DNA from: Hyphomicrobiales bacterium
Lineage (GTDB): Bacteria; Pseudomonadota; Alphaproteobacteria; Rhizobiales; JAKPQE01
Direction of reading: 5' to 3'
NCBI GenBank assembly: GCA_041397845.1
Contig: JAWKVW010000017.1
Location: 3,503-67,502, forward strand
Length of the DNA: 64,000 nt
The position numbers and the translations under genes were made by a program. The first letter of the stretch is position 1. Each line of letters opens with the position of its first letter. The notes beneath the pieces were generated by a model. The model was not told where the DNA came from and made no database searches. It saw only the letters and a program-made list of their open reading frames with translations. Of the stretch, positions 56,511 to 64,000 are shown in pieces.

Positions 56511-59500
56511 AGCGCTGCCGACGTCCTCAACGACGCGCCGACCGACCTCGGTCTCAGCGCGACCGCCGTCGACGAGAACACTGCGAACGGCACTACTGTC
56601 GCCAATGTCTCGGTGACCGACGCCGACGCCCTCGACAAGTTCACCTATGCGCTCGTCGACGATGCCGGCGGCGCCTTCACGATCAATACGGCGACCGGCG
56701 CCATCACCGTTGCCGATGCAACGAAACTCGACCATGAGACCGCCGCGACCCTCGACATCACCGTGCGCGTCACCGACGCCGGCGGCCAGAGCTACGACGA
56801 GGCCTTCACCCTCGACATCAACGACATCAACGAGGCGCCGACCGATCTCGTCGTCGGCCTGTCGGCAACGACCTCGCCGGTGAGTGCGGCCGATGCCGCC
56901 GGCCTCACCTTCGATGGCCTCACCGGCCGGGTTGTCGTCGAGAACTCCGCCGACAGCAGCCTCGATATTGCAGGCTCGATGACCATCGAGGCGACGTTCA
57001 TCTGGGACGATGCCGACGCCACCGACGGCGAGATCATCATCAACAAGGAGTCCTCGTATGAGGTCGCCGTCTTTGCCGATGGTCACCTGAAATATGCGTT
57101 CATGCAGGACGGCGGTAGCTGGGTCTGGATCGATACCGGCTACTACGTCACCGCCGGCGAGCCGACCTCGATCTCGCTCGTTGCCGATACGGGCACGGCA
57201 ACCACTGCCCTTTATGTGAATGGCGGCCTCGTCGCTGATGGCCTCTATGGCGTCACGGCGTTCGCCAGCACCGACTACGACGTCTGGATCGGCGACCGTT
57301 CGCAGAGTTCAACACTGGCGGGCCTGTATTCGTCCGGCGCGAATTTCCACGGCACCATCCAGTCGGTCCGCGTCTGGAACACCGCGCTTGCCGCTGGCGA
57401 GGTCAATGTCGACACCGTCGACGGCTCCCATCCGCATGCCGCCGACCTTCTCGTCGATTTCGATTTCACCGGTGTTTCCGGCGCGACCGTCGCGGATCTC
57501 ACCGGCAATTTCACCGGCCAGCTTCAGGAAGGTGTGGCACCGGCAACGACCATCGTCGTCGCCGAGTCGGCCGCCGGCGGCACCCTTGTCGCCAATCTCT
57601 TTGCCGTCGACGAGGATGCCGGCGAGACCTTCACCTTCGCCATTGCCAGCGACCCCTCGGGCTTCTTCGAGATCGACCCGGCAACCGGCGCCGTTTCTCT
57701 TGCTGCCGGCGCCGCCCTCGATCACGAGACGGCGGACGGCTATGACATCGTCGTCACCGCCACCGACAGCGGCGGCGCCGTCTATCAGGAGACGGTGCAT
57801 GTCACCGTCACCGACATCAACGAGGCCCCGACGGTGACCATCGTCCCGGCCGCGGCCTCCTTTGCCGAGACGACGGCGCCCGGCACCGTGCTTGCGACCA
57901 TCGCCATCGTCGACCCCGATGCCGGCGACAGCCACACCTACGCGCTGACCGGCTGGGGCGCCGACCATTTCGAGATCGTCGACAATGCCGGCACGCTCGA
58001 ACTGCGCCTGCGGGCCGACGCCATCCTCGACTACGAAGCGATGGCCGGCCGGACGGTGTCCGTCACCGTGACCGATAGCTGGGGCGTTTCGGCGAGCTAC
58101 TCGACGACCATCTCGATCGCTGACACGAATGAGGCACCCGTCCTCGATCTCGTGCCGACCAGCGGCGACTACACGGTCGGCGTCGCCGAAACGGCGGGCT
58201 CGGTGCTCTTCAGTGACGTGTCATACTACAGCACCACGGCGCTTGCCGATGGCGGCTATGTCGTCGCCTGGGAGACCAAGGGCGACGCCGACGGCTCGTC
58301 GAAGATCCTCATCCAGCGCTTCGATGCCTCGAGCAATGCCATCGGAAGCCCTGCGGTCGCCTTCGAAACCACGCAGAACATCGACAATGTCGCGCTGACC
58401 CAGCTTGCCGACGGCACCATCGTGCTTGCCGGCCAGATCAACGTCATCGACGGCAATGGCTGGGGCATCGGCGTTCGCCAGTACGACGCCGACCTGACCC
58501 CGCAAGGCTCGACCGTCACCGTCAACACCTTTGCGACCTCGACCCAGGCGGCACCCGATATCACCGCCCTGTCCGACGGCAGCTACGTCGTCGTCTGGCA
58601 TTCCTATGCCCAGGATGGCGACAACTACGGCATCTTCGGCCAGCGTTTCGCCGCCGATGGCAGCAAGCTCGGCAGTGAATTCCAGATCAACGAAGTCATC
58701 GCCAGCAGCCAGCAGAACCCGTCCGTGACCGGCCTTGCCGGCGGCGGCTATGTCGTCACCTGGACCTCGAATGGTCAGGACGGCTCGAGCTGGGGCGTCT
58801 ATACGCGCATCTATGCCAATGACGGCACGCCGGTCACCGGCGAGTTCGTTGCCGCCTCGACGACTCTCAACGCCCAGTACTGGCCGCAGGTCGTCAGCCT
58901 TCCCGATGGCGGTTATGCCGTCGTCTTCCAGTCCTCCGGCCATGCCGCCGAGGACACCGGCTATGGCGTCTATGCCCGCTTCTTCAACGCCGACGGCACG
59001 GCCCGGGGCGACGAGGTCCACGTCAACACGACCGTCGACAGCAACCAGGATGCCGTCGAGGCGACCGCGCTCGCCGATGGCGGCCTGTTCGTCGTCTGGC
59101 GCAGCTACGCCGCCGACGGCACCACGGATATCTACGCCCAGCGCCTCGATGCCTCCGGCAACCCGGTTGGCGCCGAAATCCTGCTGAGCGATGATCAGGG
59201 CTACCAGAACCTGCCCGAGGTCATCCAGCTCGCCGACGGCACCATCATCGCGACCTGGGATTCGAACGCGACGGGAGACGCGACCCGCGGCATTCACCGC
59301 GTCGAGATCGATCCCGGCACCGGCACGGTCACCGGGAAGACCACACTCACCTATGAGGTGAACCAGAATGCGCCGGCGCCGGACGTCGCCGCGCTCGAGG
59401 GCGGCGGCCACGTCGTCACCTGGACGTCCGTCGATCTGACCGGCTCGGGCTGGGACATCATGGCCCGGCTTTTCGACGCCGACGGCAATCCGGTCGGCGA

Positions 59501-62500
59501 CACCTTCCGGGTCAACACAAATGTGAGCTCGACCCAGTACCAGCCGTCGGTGACGACCTTGCCGGATGGCGGGTTCGCGGTCGCCTATGCGAGCTACAAC
59601 TTTGACGGCAACAGCTATGGCGTCGTTGTCCAGCGTTTCGACGACCTCGGCAATCGCATCGGCGACGAGGTGCTGGTCAACTCCTATTCGACCAACATCC
59701 AGTACAATCCGTCCGTCGCCGCGCTGCCGGACGGCAGTCTCGTCGTCACCTGGTCGTCCTTCCTTCAGGATGGCGATCACTATGGCGTCTATGCCCGCGT
59801 GATTGCCGCCGACGGCACGCCGGTGACCGCCGAGATCGCCGTCAACAATCTGAACACGACGAGCGCCCAGCAGGATTCCCGCGTCACGGTGCTGGCCGAC
59901 GGCCGCTTTATTGTCACCTTCGAGACCGCAACCGGCACGGCGACCGGCGATACCTCCGGCTATTCCGTCGACGCCCGCATCTTTGCCGCCGACGGCACGC
60001 CGGTCACCGACGAATTCCGCCTCAACAGCTACACCGGTTCACAACAGCTCAACCCCGAGATCGCGGCGCTTGCCGATGGCGGCTTCGTCGTCGTCTACGA
60101 CAGCTACCAGACCGAGGGCGCCTTCGGGAATTCCTACGGCATCTACGCCGAGATCTTCGACGCGAACGGCAACCATGTCAGCGGCCAGATCGCCGTCTCG
60201 CCCGCCAATGGCGTTTTCGATCAGGAAGCCGACGTCACCGCCCTCGCCGATGGCGGCTTCTTCGTCGTCTGGCACCAGAGCTACGGTTCGGCAACCACCG
60301 ACAACAAGGTCTTCGGCCAGCGCTTCGATGCGACCGGCGCGGCTGTCGGCGGCGCGGTCGACCTTGGCAGCGGCATCGAGGGCGACCAGCGCTATCCGGC
60401 CGTCACCGAGACGGCCGATGGCGACATCGTCGTGGTCTGGTTTGGCCTCGGCGAGGGTTCCTCGCACGATGCAATCAACCAGATCGTCATTTCGCCGACG
60501 ACGGTCTTCAGCGAGGACACCGCGCCCGGAGCGACCATCGCCGTCATCGATGCCTTCGACCCGGATGCCGGCGACAGCCTGACCTATACGTTGCTCGACG
60601 GCGGCGTTCCGACCGCGAACCATCCGCTGTTCGAGATCGTCGACAACGCCGGCACGATCGAGCTGCGCCTGAAGGCAGGGGCAAGCTTCGACGACGAAAC
60701 ATCGCCGACCGAGACGGTGACGGTGCGCGTCACCGACGCTGCCGGCAACAGCACCGACAGGACGCTGACCATCGACATCGCCGACGGCTGGGATGCCCCG
60801 ACGGATCTCACCGTCGCCGACGGCCTGCGCCTCAACGACGGCGTCACCAACCAGTACGCGGCGATATCGAACTTCGTCGACATGCCGACCAGCACCTTTA
60901 CGGTCGAGGTCTCGTTCGCAAGTGACGGCATGCCGGGCGCCGGCATGCCGCTGCTGTCCTACAATGCCGAAGGCGAGGACAACGAGGTCCTCCTCTATGT
61001 GACAGGCGCGGCTGGCATGTCCGCGTTCATCAACGGCCACAACGAGCCGCTCGGCATTCCGGCATCGGAGATCATCGACGGCTCGCAGCATCAGGTCTCG
61101 CTGACCTGGGATGCCCCGTCCGGTGTCATGACCGTCTATATCGACGGCGTCGAGCGGTATTCGACCACTCTCGATGGCCACCTTGCGATCACCGCCGGCG
61201 GCACGCTCGTCTTCGGCCAGGAGCAGGACACGGTCGGCGGCGGTTTCAACGCGTCCCAGATCTTCGACGGTACCATCTATGAAGTGCGCATCTTCGATGA
61301 TGTCCGCACAGCCCAGGAGATCGCCGACAACGCCAATTCGCCGATCGCCGATCCCGCCAGCGAGCCCGGCCTCGTCGCCGACTGGCAGATGACGCCGAAC
61401 GGCACCGGCGGCATTGCCGACCTTGCCGGCGGCCATGATCTCGTCCTCTACAACGGCGCGGCCCTCGCCACCTCCGTTGCGGTCAACGAGAACACCGCCA
61501 ACGGCGAACACGTCGCCTACGTCGCCGACGTCGTCGACAGCGATGCCGGCGACAGCTTCACCTATTCGCTCCTTGACGATGCCGGCGGCGCCTTCGCCAT
61601 CAATGCCGCGACCGGCGAGATCACCGTCGCCGACAGCGCCCGTCTCGACTACGAAACCGCCCAGACGATGAACATCACCGTCCGCATCACCGATGCCGGC
61701 GGCCTGACCTATGACGAGGTGGTGACCGTCAATATCGCCGACGTCGTCGAGACCATCACCGGCACCGCCGGCAACGATACGCTTTATGGCGGCATCGGCC
61801 GGGACGTCATGCTCGGCCTTGGTGGGAACGACAATTTCTATGGCAGCGCCGGGGCCGACTCCTTCGACGGCGGCACAGGCACTGACGGTGTTCGATACAC
61901 CAACTCGACCCAAGGGCTGACGATCAATCTGACGACCGGTGATGCGACCGGCGATGCGGCAGGCGATACCTATCTCAACATCGACAAGGTGTTCGGCTCA
62001 AGCTACGGCGATGTGATCACCGGTGGCAGCGGCGTGCAGTTCCTGCTCGGCGAGGGCGGCAACGACGTCATTACCGGCTCGTCGGCGGACGAGCGAATTT
62101 ATGGCGGCTCCGGCGCGGATACCCTCGACGGCGGCGACGGCGTTGACTGGCTCCGCTACAGCGACGGCTCTCCGGCCGGCATCACCCTTGACCTTGCGAC
62201 CAACACGGTTTCCGGCGGTCATGCCGACGGCGACGTGTTCAGCAATTTTGAAGCCTACGAAGGCAGTGTCTACGGCGACGTGATGACCGGTTCGTCGGGC
62301 AGTGATTTCCTGATGGGCTATTTCGGCTCGGACACAGTGTCCGGTGGCGACGGCGACGACACGCTTTACGGCGACTATGTCTACGACACGGACAGTTCGG
62401 GTCAGGCCGACACCATCGACGGCGGCGCCGGCAATGACACGATTTACGGCCAGGGCGGCGACGACATCATTCTCGGCGGGACCGGCAACGACACCATCCT

Positions 62501-64000
62501 TGCCGGCGGCGGCAACGACACGATCACCGGCGGCGCCGGCAACGACACCATCGACGGCGGTGCGGTAACCGGCGCCTCGACGGCTCTTGCCCTGGCGGCC
62601 GGCGACGATTCCGTCCATCTCGACGGCCTCGGCGTCGACACCGCCGATGGTGCCAGCAACACCGTCGAGTTCTGGATGAACTGGGACGGCGGCGAGAACC
62701 AGGTGCCCTTCGGCTTCGGCTGGTACACGCTGTGGTTCTACAATGGCAGCTTCGGCTTCAGCACCGGCGCGACCGATATCTACGGCATCGATTCCAGCAG
62801 CCTCGTCGGGAGCTGGCATCATGTCTCGGCGGTTTTCGTCAATGGCGACGTCGCGGCGAGCAAGCTCTACATCGACGGTGTCGAGCAGAACCTCTCCCAG
62901 CTCATGGGCTCGCCCAACGACGGTTCGGCCGTCGCCACGACTGACGCCCGCATTTCCGGCAAGACCACTTTTACCGGCAACAAGTTCGGCGGCGACATCG
63001 CCGAGGTGCGCATCTGGAACGACGAGCGCACCGCCGCGGAAATCGCCGACACCTATGACGAACACCTGACCCAGGGCGACGGTCTCGTCGCCGCCTACGA
63101 CTTCGAGAACATGACCGATGGCACCGACGGCGTCATCGACATCTCTGGCAATGGCGCCGACGGCACTCTCGTCGGCATCACCGCGACGACCGTGACGACC
63201 GGCCCGACCCTGACCGATCCGGGCAACGACGTCGCCGTCTTCAGCGGCAACCGCGCCGACTACACCATCACCTACGACGCCGGCACCGACACCTACACCA
63301 TCGTCGACAACCGCGCCGGCTCGCCGGACGGCACCGACACCGTGACCGGCATCGAGACCTTCCAGTTCGCCGACAGCATCGTCGATGCGACCGCGCCGGC
63401 GGCCGTCATCAACCTCGCCCCGACCGATATTTCATTCACGGCAGGCGTCTCCGGTGCACCCGAGGTCGCAACGGTGACCGGAGCGGACCCGGAAGGGGAC
63501 ACGCTTTCCTATTCGCTGGTCGATGATGCCGGCGGGCTCTTCACCATCGACGCCGCGACCGGGCGGCTCAGCTATTCCGGCTCTCTCGATCCGGCGGCGG
63601 TCGAAGCGCACGACATCACCATCCGGGTGAGCGACCCGCACGGCGCCACCTATGATGAAGTGATGACCGTGACGGTCGGCACCTCCGGCGACGACAATAT
63701 CGTCGGCACGGCGCGCGACGACCTGATCCTTGGCGGCGACGGCTACGACACCATCACCGGCGGCGCCGGCGATGATATGATCGTCCGCGACGTCGGCGAC
63801 GCCACCGACCCGCTGTTCGACATCGGCATCGTCTCGCGTGGCTATGACGTCGCGGCAGGCGGTTCGTTCATCAACCTGAACGGCACATCCTACCAGACGT
63901 CGCGCGGCTATCAGATCATGGTGATCGACGAGAGCGGCAACCTCGTCGCCCGCCAGCAGTTCGACCCCTATGCCAGCGCCGCCAACGCCACGGCCATGGC
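56511..64000 (+). CDS. Giant secreted RTX/cadherin/LamG/propeller-repeat protein, 3' segment (frame 3, open to the window end; absent from the ORF track because no stop lies in the window)
   Basis: Hand translation gives a continuous open frame. It contains cadherin-like repeats and three LamG/ConA-like lectin regions (about 56905-57400, 60826-61335 and 62585-63055, e.g. GTIQSVRVWNTALAAGEV, GTIYEVRIFDDVRTAQEIADN, GDIAEVRIWNDERTAAEIADTY). It also contains RTX blocks and about 14 tandem propeller-like repeats. Confidence 0.85.
58224..60495 (+). repeat. About 14 tandem ~50-58-aa repeats (coding) inside the giant gene, beta-propeller-blade-like
   Basis: The recurrent pattern is [LV]..L.DGG[FY]VV.W.S...DG...G[IV]...R[FY]...G...G.EF.VN......Q..P. 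Example: ITALSDGSYVVVWHSYAQDGDNYGIFGQRFAADGSKLGSEFQINEVIASSQQNPS. Confidence 0.8.

Noticed and set aside
1-64000. Search for mobile elements (transposase, integrase, phage genes, terminal inverted repeats, tRNA-flanked islands)
   Set aside because: No ORF showed DDE-transposase, tyrosine or serine recombinase, or phage-like motifs. The AT-rich patches are too short and lack flanking direct repeats.

Overview
High-GC alphaproteobacterial (Rhizobiales/Hyphomicrobiales-like) chromosomal window, gene-dense. No rRNA, tRNA, CRISPR array, transposase or integrase was recognised. Left third: def-[MCP]-fmt-GNAT-truA, then a microaerobic respiration block (hemN, ccoNOQP/fixNOQP, fixGHIS, hemA) with three FNR/FixK-type boxes. 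Middle: a GT61-like glycosyltransferase, an MsbA-like ABC exporter, a Ras-like small GTPase tightly coupled to a fragmented coiled-coil/Roadblock-like/OmpA envelope protein, a hemerythrin, an ArsR regulator with a degraded P-type ATPase, and an IclR-associated hydroquinone/hydroxyquinol to 3-oxoadipate catabolic island that embeds a LIV-type ABC importer. Right third: a type I secretion cassette (two divergent ABC proteins plus HlyD) transcribed divergently from a giant gene of more than 16 kb (RTX, cadherin-like, LamG-like and propeller-like repeats) that runs off the window. Several genes (hemN, P-type ATPase, hemerythrin, the envelope protein, maleylacetate reductase, the giant gene) carry frame disruptions or a stop. 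These lesions sit in short patches, so locally poor consensus and real decay both need to be tested. The best candidates for an undescribed system are the GTPase/envelope module and the unusual T1SS with its giant substrate. All calls rest on reading the translations and the DNA by eye; no database search was run.
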